Shown here: piece by piece, positions 46,093-56,892 of the stretch
How positions within the stretch are numbered: the stretch's first letter is position 1
How the letters are laid out: the number at the start of each line of letters is the position of its first letter
Source: an uncultured Clostridia bacterium
GTDB lineage: Bacteria > Bacillota > Clostridia > TANB77 > CAG-508
Direction of reading: 5' to 3'
NCBI GenBank assembly: GCA_944386715.1
Contig: CALXCD010000003.1
Location: 3,294 to 67,293 of the forward strand
DNA: 64,000 nucleotides
Translations under genes and position numbers: made by a program
The notes under the pieces: model-generated
What the model saw: only the letters and a program-made list of their open reading frames with translations
Databases searched by the model: none
What the model was told of the DNA's origin: nothing

Positions 46093-46470
46093 TTATTTTT
46101 TTAATCGAATAAGAATGGCAATTGCTAATAATATCAAAAGAATGCCAATGACAATTAAAAGAATATTTAGAATACCAACTAATCCTAAGTCAGAATCTGA
46201 AGATGAGTTGTTAGCACTATTAATTGTTGTGGAATAAGGTGAAGAAGTTGTATTAGTATTAGAAGTATTACTAGTATTTGTATTATTGGTAGCATTATTT
46301 GTGCTAGATGTATTAGATGAATTTGTATTTCCAGAAGCATTTGTATTAGAAGTGTTTTGCGTTGTTTCATTATCTGTTATATTCATATCAACAGCAAAAG
46401 ATAAAATAGGTGTAAATAAAATTAGTATCATTGACATTACTATTAATAAATATTTAATTGATTTTAACAT
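46093..46470 (-). CDS. Hypothetical protein (signal peptide, Ser/Thr/Asn-rich region, C-terminal TM)
   Basis: The start was moved to the ATG preceded by GGAGGGAG. The composition resembles a mucin-like surface stalk. Confidence 0.5.
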   Translation of the reverse strand: MLKSIKYLLIVMSMILILFTPILSFAVDMNITDNETTQNTSNTNASGNTNSSNTSSTNNATNNTNTSNTSNTNTTSSPYSTTINSANNSSSDSDLGLVGILNILLIVIGILLILLAIAILIRLKK

Positions 46471-46674
46471 TTTATATCTCCCTCCAAATGAAAACAATGA
46501 TGTTTTTTTATTCTTTTGTTTTATACTTTATCATGATATCATAAAAGAGGAAAAGATGTCTAGTTAATTTAGTAAAAAATTAAAGAATTTACAAAAAAGT
46601 TACAATATGGTATATTATGTATGAAAAAATAAGAAAGTATTCATCAATAAAGAAATTAGGAAAGGGATGAAAAA

Positions 46675-47346
46675 ATGGCAAAGATATTAATTGTAGAAGA
46701 TGATAAGAAAATAAGAGAAGAACTAGAATTATTTTTGAACAAACATGGATTTGAAGCAATTGGTTTGGTTGATTTTCAAAATATGATACCAGATATATTG
46801 GCACAAAATGCGGATTTACTTTTATTAGACATTAATCTTCCTATGGTAGATGGAGAATATATTTGTAAGGAAATTAGAAAAGTGTCTAATATACCAATTA
46901 TTATTGTTACCAGCAGGAATAATGAAATTGATGAATTATTAAGTTTAAATAATGGAGCAGACCAATATGTCACCAAACCATATAATATACAAATTTTGTT
47001 AGCTAAAATAAATGCTTTATTAAAACGAAGCCAAAATAAAGATACCAACCAAAATAAAATAGATTGTAAAGAATTTATTTTAAATGTTTCAAAAAGTATG
47101 ATTGAGGCTGAAAATAAACAAATTGAACTGACTAAAAATGAATCTAAAATATTATATTATTTAGTGCAAAAAAGAGGACAAATTGTATCAAGAGAAGAAA
47201 TCATGAGTTATTTATGGGATAGTGAAAGTTTTATTGATGATAATACTTTAACTGTTAACATGAAAAGATTAAGAAATAAATTACAAGAAATAGGAAAAGC
47301 TGATATGATTGAAACTAAGAGAGGACAAGGATATTTATTAAAATGA
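46675..47346 (+). CDS. OmpR-family response regulator
   Basis: Receiver domain (ILIVEDD...LLLLDINLP) plus a winged-helix output domain (LTKNESKILYYL...RGQGYLL). Confidence 0.9.
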   Translation: MAKILIVEDDKKIREELELFLNKHGFEAIGLVDFQNMIPDILAQNADLLLLDINLPMVDGEYICKEIRKVSNIPIIIVTSRNNEIDELLSLNNGADQYVTKPYNIQILLAKINALLKRSQNKDTNQNKIDCKEFILNVSKSMIEAENKQIELTKNESKILYYLVQKRGQIVSREEIMSYLWDSESFIDDNTLTVNMKRLRNKLQEIGKADMIETKRGQGYLLK

Positions 47347-48359
47347 AAAAGTTTAAGTTATGGAAAGAAAAAGTAAATTATTTTTTAGTATTATTAATGA
47401 TAGTAATTACAATAGAAATATTTTTAATTCCGTTTCCTATTCATTTTATGATTAGAATTTATATTTTTCTAGCTCCATTATTAGGTTTGGTTGTTAATAT
47501 TTCTTTGGAATGTTTCCAAAAAAAGAAATATTATGAAACGGTATTAGAAACCATGAAAGAGTTAGACCAAAAATATTTAATATCAGAAATGTTACAAACA
47601 CCAACTTTTGTGGAAGCACAGATACTACAAGAAATATTGATAGAAACAGGAAAATCTATGTTAGAGAATGTAAATCAATATAAATATTTGCAAGAAGATT
47701 ATAAAGAATATATAGAATTGTGGATTCATGAAATAAAAACTCCTATTGCAGCTAGTAAATTAGTAATTGAAAATAATAAAACCGAGGCTACTAAAAGTAT
47801 TGCAGAAGAGCTTGAAAAAATTGAAAATTATACCGAACAAGCATTGTTTTATGCAAGAAGCAATACAGTAGAAAAAGATTATTGTATTAAAAAAGTGAAT
47901 TTAAAAGAAATGGTAAATGCTTCTATTGTCAAAAATAAAAATTTGTTCATTTCAGAAAAAGTTAATATTAAATTAGAAAATTTAGAACAAGAAGTATATA
48001 CAGATAGTAAGTGGACAATTTTTATCTTAAACCAGATTCTACAAAACAGTGTTAAATACATGAAAAAAGATGAAAAGCAAATAACAATTTCAGCGAAGGA
48101 AAAGAAAAATCAAGTGGTATTAGAAATTCAAGATAATGGTATTGGAATTCCAAAAGGAGAAATTACAAGAGTATTTGAAAAAGGATTTACAGGAACGAAT
48201 GGAAGAATGTCAGAAAAGAAAGCTACAGGTTTGGGATTATATCTTTGCAAAAAACTATGTCATAAATTAGGGCTAAAGATAGAACTTAATTCAGAATTAG
48301 ATAAAGGAACATTAGTAAGATTAGTATTTCCTAAAAATAGTTTAACTATGTTAGACTGA
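47343..48359 (+). CDS. Intramembrane-sensing histidine kinase (BceS-like)
   Basis: Two TM helices with a minimal loop. H-box HEIKTPI, N-box and G-boxes (DNGIGI, GLGLYL). It overlaps the RR gene by 4 nt. Confidence 0.85.
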   Translation: MKKFKLWKEKVNYFLVLLMIVITIEIFLIPFPIHFMIRIYIFLAPLLGLVVNISLECFQKKKYYETVLETMKELDQKYLISEMLQTPTFVEAQILQEILIETGKSMLENVNQYKYLQEDYKEYIELWIHEIKTPIAASKLVIENNKTEATKSIAEELEKIENYTEQALFYARSNTVEKDYCIKKVNLKEMVNASIVKNKNLFISEKVNIKLENLEQEVYTDSKWTIFILNQILQNSVKYMKKDEKQITISAKEKKNQVVLEIQDNGIGIPKGEITRVFEKGFTGTNGRMSEKKATGLGLYLCKKLCHKLGLKIELNSELDKGTLVRLVFPKNSLTMLD

Positions 48360-48386
48360 AATAGTGGTAAAAATATATGTATAATT

Positions 48387-48468
48387 ATTGCTATATTAAT
48401 ATTTTTGACAAAAACATAGCTAGGGCGTAACAATCCGGGTCTTTGTCTGCCAATATTAATATAGCAAT
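48387..48468. repeat. 17-bp perfect inverted repeat enclosing a 48-nt G+C-richer core
   Basis: ATTGCTATATTAATATT at 48387-48403 and AATATTAATATAGCAAT at 48452-48468. There is an inner GACAAA/TTTGTC stem. Confidence 0.6.
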
Positions 48469-48606
48469 AGTTTTAAAAAAGTAAAACACAAAAGTTACAA
48501 AATTGTAAGATTTTTGTCACCAAAAACGATGGCAACTGCGTTATCATAAATGTTATAATAAAAACAAAGATAGCACAAATGTGAGGAAAAATAGAGGTGA
48601 TAAAAA

Positions 48607-49311
48607 ATGAAGAAATTTTTGAAGTTTTTATTTTGTGTGATACTAATAGCCATTAGTATAGGACTATTATTTGTAGGAAATGGATATAAAATGTATCAAG
48701 AAGCTATTGAAGCGGTGCCTTTAGAAGAAAAGATAGCTCAAATAAAAGAAACGCCTAATTACACAACATTAGAAGAATTGCCACAGATGTATATAAATGC
48801 TGTTATTTCTGTAGAGGACCATCGTTTTTATGGGCATCCAGGCATTGATATTATTGCAATTGGTAGAGCACTTATCAATGATATAAAAGCAATGAGTTTT
48901 GTAGAAGGTGGTAGTACGATAACACAGCAATTGGCTAAAAATGTTTATTTTACCCAAGAAAAGAAAATAGAAAGAAAAATAGCAGAAGTTTTTATGGCTT
49001 TTCAAATGGAAAATAACTTAGATAAAAATGAGATTTTGGAATTATATTTAAATACCAGTTATTTTGGGGATGGGTATCATACCCCTAAAGAAGCGGCTAG
49101 AGGTTATTTTAATAAAGAATTAGAAGAATTAACAGATGGGGAATGTGTTATGCTTGCGGGTATTCCTAATGCTCCTTCTGTGTATGCTCCTACAAAAAAT
49201 TGGAATTTAGCTAAACAAAGGCAAAAGCAAGTGGCTAATAAAATGGTAGAGTATGGATATTTAACTCAAAGTCAGGCAGAAAAAATAATTTCAGAGAATA
49301 TAAGTGTCTAA
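48607..49311 (+). CDS. Monofunctional peptidoglycan glycosyltransferase (GT51)
   Basis: Has EDHRFYGHPGID, GGSTITQQLAKN and RKIAE motifs, with an N-terminal TM helix. Confidence 0.85.
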   Translation: MKKFLKFLFCVILIAISIGLLFVGNGYKMYQEAIEAVPLEEKIAQIKETPNYTTLEELPQMYINAVISVEDHRFYGHPGIDIIAIGRALINDIKAMSFVEGGSTITQQLAKNVYFTQEKKIERKIAEVFMAFQMENNLDKNEILELYLNTSYFGDGYHTPKEAARGYFNKELEELTDGECVMLAGIPNAPSVYAPTKNWNLAKQRQKQVANKMVEYGYLTQSQAEKIISENISV

Positions 49312-49348
49312 AAAGAGCCAAGAGAATTTATTCTCTTTGGCTTTTTTT
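49311..49348 (+). terminator. Rho-independent terminator
   Basis: AAAAGAGCCAAGAGAA / TTCTCTTTGGCTTTTTTT. Confidence 0.8.
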
Positions 49349-49430
49349 GAACTTTACTATTTTTATATTCTAATCTGTTTATTTTTTTTATTTTTTATGA
49401 TATTATAAAAAAAATTGAGGAGGAAAGCAA

Positions 49431-50318
49431 ATGAAAAAAATAGATTTTTTAGCGACAGATGGAATAGCCCTAAATGGATTTCTATATCAAGCAAAAGAAG
49501 CAACTAAAAAAGTTATTTTAGCAGTTCATGGTATGAGTAGTAACTGTTTTAAAGAAAGAGATGACATCATAGCTAAAACTGCAAATGAGGAGGGCATATC
49601 CTATTTTTGTTTTAATAATAGAGGAAGTGAACTTGTAAAATATATTAGAAAAAATATAAATGGAAAAAAAGAAAAAACATTAGGCGGAACTTCTTATGAA
49701 GATGTATTAGAAGGTTATGAAGACATCGTAGGAGCTATTTTAAAGTTAAAAGAATTAGGTTATGAAAATATTTATTTACAGGGGCATAGTTTAGGTTGTA
49801 CAAAAATAGTATATACCTATCATGAATTAAAAGAAGATGATGATGAGCTTTTAAAATGTATCAAAGGGATTATATTACTTTCTTTAATAGATATACCAGG
49901 TACTTTGAGAATATATTTGAGAGATAAATTTACAACTTACATAGATTTAGCACAAGAAAAAGAAGATGCAGGATTAGGAAAAGAATTAATGCCAAAAGAT
50001 GCTTTTATACATCCCATTAGTGTGAAAACTTTTTTAAGATATGCAAAAAATAATCAAGAAATAGATTTTGCGCAATATGGAAAAGATACACAATTAGAAA
50101 AACTGAATGAAATCGAAGCCCCTCTTTTTATGAGATGGGGAAATGAGAATGAGATGATTTTACAAAAAGCTGATGAGTTAGTGGATATAGTTTCTAATAT
50201 CATACAAAATCCTGAAAAGGATATTGATTATATAGATGGTGCAGACCATGGATATGCAGGTAAAGAAGAGGTATTGGCGAAACAAATAATAAACTTTATA
50301 CAAAGGATAAAAGATTAA
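49431..50318 (+). CDS. Alpha/beta hydrolase
   Basis: Nucleophile elbow GHSLGC, with a C-terminal GADHGY. Confidence 0.75.
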   Translation: MKKIDFLATDGIALNGFLYQAKEATKKVILAVHGMSSNCFKERDDIIAKTANEEGISYFCFNNRGSELVKYIRKNINGKKEKTLGGTSYEDVLEGYEDIVGAILKLKELGYENIYLQGHSLGCTKIVYTYHELKEDDDELLKCIKGIILLSLIDIPGTLRIYLRDKFTTYIDLAQEKEDAGLGKELMPKDAFIHPISVKTFLRYAKNNQEIDFAQYGKDTQLEKLNEIEAPLFMRWGNENEMILQKADELVDIVSNIIQNPEKDIDYIDGADHGYAGKEEVLAKQIINFIQRIKD

Positions 50319-50335
50319 ATAGGAAGGGGGTACAA

Positions 50336-51616
50336 ATGAAAGAAGATTTAGTAAAAGCACGAAAGCAAAATATGCGATTATATGCATTATATAGACCAAT
50401 ATCATTAGATTTGTTGTTTTATTATTGTATTGAATTTTTATTTTTAACACAAGTAAAGCAAATTAGTGCTTCTCATGTTGTATTAGGTTCTTCTTTTTAT
50501 GCTATTTTTATGATAATATGGCAAATACCAGCAAGTGTTATTATTGATAAAATAGGAACCAAAAGATGCACTGTTTTAGCAAATGTTTTTAATGTCTTAT
50601 ATTTAATACTAATTATGGGATGTACAGGATTAGAAACTCTTATTTTAGCACAATTTTTTAGTTCATTATGTTTTACGTTAAAAGATATTTCTGATATAGC
50701 ATTATTAGAGTATTCTATTCCAGAAACTAGTAACAAAGGGGCAATCTTTTCTAAAATAGAAGGGAAAGCTTACAAAGATTATTACTTGTTCAATTGTATT
50801 TCTTCTGTTATTTGTGGTTTTTTATATGCATTTAATAATTATTTGCCTATGATAATTTCTCTTATGATAAGTATCCTGGCAGTTGTTATGTCTTTGGGAT
50901 TCAAAGAATTAGGAGAGAAATCAGAAAAAAAACAAAATTCTCAAGAAAAGATGATAAATTATTTTCAAGATTTGAAAAAAGGAATGCAATTTATATTTAA
51001 ATCACCTAGATTAAGAAGTTTATTTATTTGTGTAGGTATTACATGGGGAATATTTTGTTTAATGGGAACATATCAAAGTAGTATTTTAGTAGATATTGGA
51101 GCATCTGCCCAAGTGATTTCAATTGTAACAGCTTTATCTAGTTTAGCATCTTCTATAGGACTAAAAAGACAGGCAAAATTTCATAGACACTTCAAAAATA
51201 AGACGTTATCTACCATATTAATTGTTATGATAGTAACGATATTTGTGATTGGAATAACAGGAATATTGCAGTTACCTTATGACACAACATTAATTATTAT
51301 TGTATTAGCATTTTTAGTATTTTATAGCGTGAAAGGAATTAATAATGTATTGCTAGATAGATATTTAAGCAATTTTGCCAAAGAGAATATAATTACACAA
51401 ATACTTGCAGTAAAGGCTATTAGTAAAAATGTTTTTAGGTCTTGTATTGGATTTTTGGGTGCTTATTTATTAGATATCACAAATACTGCAAATGCGACAA
51501 TATTAGTTGGGATTGTTTTATTAATTGCTACTTTGGGATTAGTTAGTTATATGCAAACAAGGCTTGGTTTAAAGCCAGAAGAATATGATGAGAAAGATAT
51601 TATTTCTATCAAATGA
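50336..51616 (+). CDS. MFS transporter
   Basis: About 12 hydrophobic helices, with a D-K-I-G-T-K-R loop between TM2 and TM3. Confidence 0.75.
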   Translation: MKEDLVKARKQNMRLYALYRPISLDLLFYYCIEFLFLTQVKQISASHVVLGSSFYAIFMIIWQIPASVIIDKIGTKRCTVLANVFNVLYLILIMGCTGLETLILAQFFSSLCFTLKDISDIALLEYSIPETSNKGAIFSKIEGKAYKDYYLFNCISSVICGFLYAFNNYLPMIISLMISILAVVMSLGFKELGEKSEKKQNSQEKMINYFQDLKKGMQFIFKSPRLRSLFICVGITWGIFCLMGTYQSSILVDIGASAQVISIVTALSSLASSIGLKRQAKFHRHFKNKTLSTILIVMIVTIFVIGITGILQLPYDTTLIIIVLAFLVFYSVKGINNVLLDRYLSNFAKENIITQILAVKAISKNVFRSCIGFLGAYLLDITNTANATILVGIVLLIATLGLVSYMQTRLGLKPEEYDEKDIISIK

Positions 51617-51639
51617 AAAATGAAAGGGAGATGGATAAA

Positions 51640-52341
51640 ATGAAAAAAAGAACAAAAATTTTAATTATAGTGGGTGTAATAGTACTTATTATGATAGCAG
51701 GTATATTATATTTGGTGGCATTAGATGAAAAACAAAATGAACTTTTAACAGAAGAACTAGCAAAAATAGAGAGTTATGCACAATCAGGAGATAGCAATAA
51801 TGAAGAATTACAAGCTATTTTAAATAGAACTGTTACAACAGGTGATTATGCCAAAATAGAAAAAGCATGTAAACAATACTTAACAGATATATTGGATAAA
51901 CAAGAAAAAATAAAACAGATTTTAGAGGACGAAAAGCTAACTAAAATATTGTCAGTAGAAAATTATCAAGTAGATGGTCCAGAATTTGTTAGTACGAAGG
52001 AATATATTACAACTACTAGAACAAATTTAAATCAATATACAGAAGAATTGACACAATTAATAAGTGAAGAAAAAATATTGTCTTATGCAGAAAATCAAGG
52101 TATGGATTCTACCGATATAGAAATTTATAGACAAGAGTTAACAGACCAAATTAATGAAGAGGAATTGAAAAATGAATTAGATGGTTCTATTGGTGAAATT
52201 ACAAAGATATTAGATACAGCTGAAAAAATAATAGATTTTTTAATGCAAAATAAATCGCATTGGACAGTGGAAGGAGAAAATATTATTTTTGAAAATCAGC
52301 AATTATCTGACCAATATAATACATTAATTGCAGAATTATAA
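51640..52341 (+). CDS. Membrane-anchored hypothetical protein
   Basis: The ATG at 51640 follows AAGGGAG. TM anchor plus a coiled-coil-like region. Confidence 0.55.
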   Translation: MKKRTKILIIVGVIVLIMIAGILYLVALDEKQNELLTEELAKIESYAQSGDSNNEELQAILNRTVTTGDYAKIEKACKQYLTDILDKQEKIKQILEDEKLTKILSVENYQVDGPEFVSTKEYITTTRTNLNQYTEELTQLISEEKILSYAENQGMDSTDIEIYRQELTDQINEEELKNELDGSIGEITKILDTAEKIIDFLMQNKSHWTVEGENIIFENQQLSDQYNTLIAEL

Positions 52342-52359
52342 ATTTTTTAAAAATAGCTA

Positions 52360-52389
52360 TTGCATTTTAGTATTAGGTTTTGTTATAAT
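52360..52389 (+). promoter_or_regulatory. Extended -10 promoter (TTGCAT-N18-TGtTATAAT) upstream of the carAB leader
   Basis: Hexamers at 52360-52365 and 52384-52389, with TG at 52381-52382. Confidence 0.5.
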
Positions 52390-52419
52390 AAAAAAAATAA
52401 ATAAAAAGGAAGTAAAAAA

Positions 52420-52503
52420 ATGCACAACAATTTAAGAAAAATAAAAATAATCTCAATCCCAACTATTATTTTAATAGTTGTTGCATTTGCTTTCTTGTTT
52501 TAA
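52420..52503 (+). CDS. 27-codon leader/small hydrophobic peptide ORF (MHNNLRKIKIISIPTIILIVVAFAFLF)
   Basis: An SD (AAAGGAAG) lies 8 nt upstream. Its stop codon abuts the terminator stem. It is not in the ORF track because it is under 60 aa. Confidence 0.4.
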   Translation: MHNNLRKIKIISIPTIILIVVAFAFLF

Positions 52504-52532
52504 ATAAGGATATTTATTCCTTATTTTTTTTT
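52503..52532 (+). terminator. Intrinsic terminator / candidate attenuator immediately upstream of carA
   Basis: AATAAGGA (52503-52510) pairs with TCCTTATT (52518-52525), followed by a T-run. Only about 30 nt separate it from the carA start. Confidence 0.7.
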
Positions 52533-52563
52533 GTGAATAGGAAAAAAAGAAAGGAAGAAAGGT

Positions 52564-53646
52564 ATGGAGAAACCAAACAAAAAAATCGTTTTAGAAGATG
52601 GAGAAGAATATTGCGGATATGGATTTGGAGCTAATAAAGAAGCTATTTGTGAAATTGTATTTAATACTTCTATGGTTGGTTATCAAGAAATTGTTTCAGA
52701 CCCATCTTATACGTATCAAATGGTAGTAATGACTTATCCGTTAATCGGAAATTATGGAATCACAGATGAAGATTACGAAACAAAACAACCTACCATAGGG
52801 GGAATGGTGGTAAGAGAATATAATGACTTACCAAGTAATTTTAGGTATACAAAAACATTATCTGAATATTTAGAAGAAAATGATATACCAGGGATATTTG
52901 GAATAGACACCAGAAAATTAACAAGAAGTATTAGAGAAAAAGGAAGTAGAAAAGTTATTATAACAGATATCACAACTAGTAAAGAAGAAGCACTAAGAAA
53001 ATTAGAATCATATCATATTCCAAAAGATGCCGTAGCTAAAGTGAGTTGTAAAAAAAGATGGTATTCTAGAACTGCAAATGCAAAATATAATGTAGTTGCA
53101 GTAGATTGTGGAATTAAATTAAATATTGTAAGAAGTTTAAATAAAAGAGAATGTAATGTAACGGTAGTTCCTTATTGTATTACTGCACAAGAAATAGAGG
53201 CTTTAAAACCAGATGGTATATTTTTATCCAATGGACCAGGAAATCCAGAAGATGTGCAAGAAGTAATAACATTAGTAAAAGAATTGAAAGGCAAATACCC
53301 TATTTTTGGAATCTGTTTAGGACACCAAATGATAAGTTTAGCATATGGAGCAAAAACATATAAACTTAAATTTGGTCATAGAGGCGGAAATCACCCTGTG
53401 TTAAATTTAGAAACAGATAAAATAGAAATAACAAGCCAAAATCATAGTTATGCAGTAGAAGAAGATTCTATCAAACAAACATCATTAAAAATAACTCATA
53501 AAAATATATTAGATAATACAGTAGAAGGAGTAGCATGTAAAAAAGATAAAATATTTAGTGTACAATATCACCCAGAAAGCGCACCTGGTCCACAAGATAG
53601 TGGATATTTGTTTGATAAATTTATTAATTTGATGGAGGGGAAGTAG
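52564..53646 (+). CDS. carA: Carbamoyl-phosphate synthase small (glutaminase) subunit
   Basis: Has [15 protein letters not shown] and QYHPE motifs. Confidence 0.95.
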   Translation: MEKPNKKIVLEDGEEYCGYGFGANKEAICEIVFNTSMVGYQEIVSDPSYTYQMVVMTYPLIGNYGITDEDYETKQPTIGGMVVREYNDLPSNFRYTKTLSEYLEENDIPGIFGIDTRKLTRSIREKGSRKVIITDITTSKEEALRKLESYHIPKDAVAKVSCKKRWYSRTANAKYNVVAVDCGIKLNIVRSLNKRECNVTVVPYCITAQEIEALKPDGIFLSNGPGNPEDVQEVITLVKELKGKYPIFGICLGHQMISLAYGAKTYKLKFGHRGGNHPVLNLETDKIEITSQNHSYAVEEDSIKQTSLKITHKNILDNTVEGVACKKDKIFSVQYHPESAPGPQDSGYLFDKFINLMEGK

Positions 53647-53647
53647 A

Positions 53648-56600
53648 ATGCCAAAAAGAAAAGATATAAAAACTGTGTTAGTAATTGGTTCAGGACCAAT
53701 TGTAATAGGACAAGCAGCTGAATTTGATTATGCAGGGACACAAGCGTGTTTAGCACTAAAAGAGGAAGGATATAAAGTCATATTGGTAAATTCCAATCCT
53801 GCTACTATTATGACAGATACTTCTATTGCAGATAAAGTATATATGGAGCCATTAACTTTAGAATATGTTGCTAAAATTATTAGATATGAAAGACCAGATG
53901 CTATTCTTCCAGGGATAGGGGGACAAACTGGATTAAATATTGCAATGCAATTATATAAAAAAGGTATTTTACAAGAATGCCAAGTAGAGTTATTAGGAAC
54001 CAGTAGCCAAAGTATTGAAAGAGCAGAAGATAGAGAAAAATTCAAAGAACTATGCCAAGAATTAGGAGAACCGGTGCTAGAGTCTATGATAGCAAGTTCT
54101 TTAGAAGAGGGAATGAATGCAGCAAACAAAATAGGATATCCAGTGGTATTAAGACCTGCTTTTACTTTAGGTGGAACAGGTGGAGGTTTTGCAGATAATG
54201 AAGAAGAATTGCAAGAATTAATGAAACATGCCCTAAAGCTTTCTCCTGTAGGTCAAGTGTTAGTAGAAAAGAGTATTAAAGGTTATAAAGAAATAGAATA
54301 TGAAGTAATCAGAGATGGCAATGATACAGCAATTACAGTATGTAATATGGAAAATTTGGACCCAGTAGGAATTCATACAGGAGATTCTATTGTAGTGGCA
54401 CCAAGCCAAACTTTGACAAACAAAGAGTATCAATTGTTAAGAGATAGTAGTTTGAAAATTATTAGAGCATTAAAAATTGAAGGAGGTTGTAATGTACAAT
54501 TTGCTTTAGACCCTCATTCTTTTAACTATTATGTCATTGAAGTAAACCCAAGAGTATCTCGTTCTTCTGCGTTGGCATCTAAGGCAAGTGGTTATCCGAT
54601 TGCAAGAGTTTCTGCTAAAATTGCAGTAGGTATGAGATTAGATGAAATTATGTTGGCAAATACTCCTGCAAGTTTTGAACCAGCACTAGATTATATTGTT
54701 TGTAAAATTCCAAGATTTCCATTTGATAAATTTACACTTGCTTCTAATAAATTAAGTACGCAAATGAAAGCTACTGGAGAAGTTATGAGTGTGGGAAGAA
54801 CTTTTGAAGAGAGTTTGTTGAAAGCAATTAGGTCATTAGAAGTAGGAGCTTGTCATATTCATATTCCTAAATTTGATAAAATGGAAACATCAGAAATGAT
54901 GGAATATATCAAAGATGGAACAGATGATAGAATCTATGCAATTGCAGAATTAATGAGAAGAAATATAGATTTAGGATTAATTTATCAAACGACAAAGATT
55001 GATATGTTTTTCTTAGAAAAGATTAAAAATATTACTAAGTGGGAAAAGATATTAGCTGAAAATGTAGGAAATTTAGAAATTTTAAAAGCTGTTAAAAAAA
55101 TGGGATTTAGTGATAAATATATTGCAGAAGTATGGAAAAAAGAGGAAGAGGAAATTTATCTTTTACGAAAAAAGGAAAATATTTATCCTGTGTATAAAAT
55201 GATTGATACATGTAGTAGTGAATTTGAAAGTTATGTGCCATATTTTTATTCTACATATGAAGAAGAAAATGAATCTATTGTGAGCAATAGAAAGAAAATT
55301 ATTGTACTAGGAGCTGGTCCTATTAGAATAGGCCAAGGTGTAGAATTTGATTATTCTACTGTACATGCTGTAAAAACTATTAAAGAAGCAGGATATGAGG
55401 CTATTATTATTAATAATAATCCAGAGACGGTTTCAACAGATTATACAACTAGTGATAAATTGTATTTTGAACCATTGACAGTAGAAGACGTTATGAATAT
55501 TATTGATTTAGAAAAACCAGAAGGTATTATTAGCTCTTTAGGAGGACAAACAGCTATTAATTTAGCAGAGCCACTTTCTAAATTAGGAGTAAAATTAATC
55601 GGAACAGATGTGAGTGCCATCGAAAAAGCAGAAAATAGAGATGCTTTTGAAAAGGTAATGAAAAAATTAAATTTATTGCAACCTAAAGGAGAGGCAGTAA
55701 CAAGCATAGAGGATGGAATTAAAGTGGCAAAAGAAATTGGCTATCCTGTATTAGTAAGACCAAGTTATGTATTAGGTGGAAGAGCGATGCAGATTGTTTC
55801 TAATCAAAAGGCATTAGAAAAATATTTAAAAACAGCAGTAGAAATCAACAAAAAACAACCTGTACTTGTTGATAAATATATTATTGGTAAGGAATTAGAA
55901 GTAGATGCTGTTTGTGATGGTAAAGATGTATTTGTGCCAGGTATTATGGAACATGTTGAAAAAACAGGAATTCATTCAGGAGATAGTATTAGTATTTATC
56001 CTACTTTTAGTGTTAGTCAAAAAGCAAAAGAAACCATATTAGATTATACTGTAAAACTAGGCTTAGGTATTGGAATTGTTGGATTATATAATATTCAATT
56101 TATTGTAGATAAAGAAGAAAAAGTTTATGTAATAGAAGTAAATCCAAGGTCTTCTAGAACGGTTCCTTTTATTTCAAAATCAACAGGGTATTCGCTTGCA
56201 GATATAGGTACTTTAGTGATGTTAGGAAAATCTTTAAAAGAGCAAGGGATAACACAAATTTACCCAAAAGAAAAAGAAAGATGGTATGTAAAAGCTCCTG
56301 CATTTTCTTTTTCAAAATTATTAGGATTAGATGCTTATCTTTCTCCTGAAATGAAATCAACAGGAGAGGCAATTGGATATGATAAAAAATTAACAAGAGC
56401 ATTATATAAAGCATTACAATCATCTGGAATGCGTTTAGCAAATTATGGAACAATATTTGTTACGATTGCAGATAAAGATAAAGAGGAAGCATTACCTTTA
56501 ATTCAAAGATTTTATCAGTTAGGATTTAATATTGAAGCAACCAAAGGTACAGCAAAGTTTTTAAAAGAACATGGTATTAGGACAAGGGTAAAGAAGAAAA

Positions 56601-56824
56601 TTAGCGAAGGTAGTGATGAAATTTTAGAATCTTTGAGGAGAGGTCATGTGAGTTATGTGATTAATACTAGAAATATGGATTCTATTGACCAAGAAACAGA
56701 TGGTAGTTTGATTAGAAGGTGTGCTGCTGAAAATAATATTGCTATGTTTACAGCTTTAGATACGGTTAGAGTTCTTTTAGAAGTACTAGAGGAAATTACA
56801 CTTGGAATTTCTACTATTGACTAA
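53648..56824 (+). CDS. carB: Carbamoyl-phosphate synthase large subunit
   Basis: Duplicated ATP-grasp halves ([19 protein letters not shown] / [19 protein letters not shown]) and a C-terminal MGS-like domain. Confidence 0.95.
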   Translation: MPKRKDIKTVLVIGSGPIVIGQAAEFDYAGTQACLALKEEGYKVILVNSNPATIMTDTSIADKVYMEPLTLEYVAKIIRYERPDAILPGIGGQTGLNIAMQLYKKGILQECQVELLGTSSQSIERAEDREKFKELCQELGEPVLESMIASSLEEGMNAANKIGYPVVLRPAFTLGGTGGGFADNEEELQELMKHALKLSPVGQVLVEKSIKGYKEIEYEVIRDGNDTAITVCNMENLDPVGIHTGDSIVVAPSQTLTNKEYQLLRDSSLKIIRALKIEGGCNVQFALDPHSFNYYVIEVNPRVSRSSALASKASGYPIARVSAKIAVGMRLDEIMLANTPASFEPALDYIVCKIPRFPFDKFTLASNKLSTQMKATGEVMSVGRTFEESLLKAIRSLEVGACHIHIPKFDKMETSEMMEYIKDGTDDRIYAIAELMRRNIDLGLIYQTTKIDMFFLEKIKNITKWEKILAENVGNLEILKAVKKMGFSDKYIAEVWKKEEEEIYLLRKKENIYPVYKMIDTCSSEFESYVPYFYSTYEEENESIVSNRKKIIVLGAGPIRIGQGVEFDYSTVHAVKTIKEAGYEAIIINNNPETVSTDYTTSDKLYFEPLTVEDVMNIIDLEKPEGIISSLGGQTAINLAEPLSKLGVKLIGTDVSAIEKAENRDAFEKVMKKLNLLQPKGEAVTSIEDGIKVAKEIGYPVLVRPSYVLGGRAMQIVSNQKALEKYLKTAVEINKKQPVLVDKYIIGKELEVDAVCDGKDVFVPGIMEHVEKTGIHSGDSISIYPTFSVSQKAKETILDYTVKLGLGIGIVGLYNIQFIVDKEEKVYVIEVNPRSSRTVPFISKSTGYSLADIGTLVMLGKSLKEQGITQIYPKEKERWYVKAPAFSFSKLLGLDAYLSPEMKSTGEAIGYDKKLTRALYKALQSSGMRLANYGTIFVTIADKDKEEALPLIQRFYQLGFNIEATKGTAKFLKEHGIRTRVKKKISEGSDEILESLRRGHVSYVINTRNMDSIDQETDGSLIRRCAAENNIAMFTALDTVRVLLEVLEEITLGISTID

Positions 56825-56839
56825 ATAATGAACATTAAA

Positions 56840-56877
56840 AAAATCTCTTTATGACAGAAATGCCATAAAGAGATTTT
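56840..56877. terminator. Bidirectional terminator between carB (+) and the ORF at 56893 (-)
   Basis: AAAATCTCTTTATG / CATAAAGAGATTTT stem. Confidence 0.8.
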
Positions 56878-56892
56878 GGTATATAAAAAATA

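Noticed and set aside
52342-52563. A PyrR-binding anti-antiterminator or a known riboswitch upstream of carA.
   Set aside because: No ARUCCAGAGAGG-like box or other riboswitch consensus is visible. The region is instead explained by the promoter, small ORF and terminator described in the findings.
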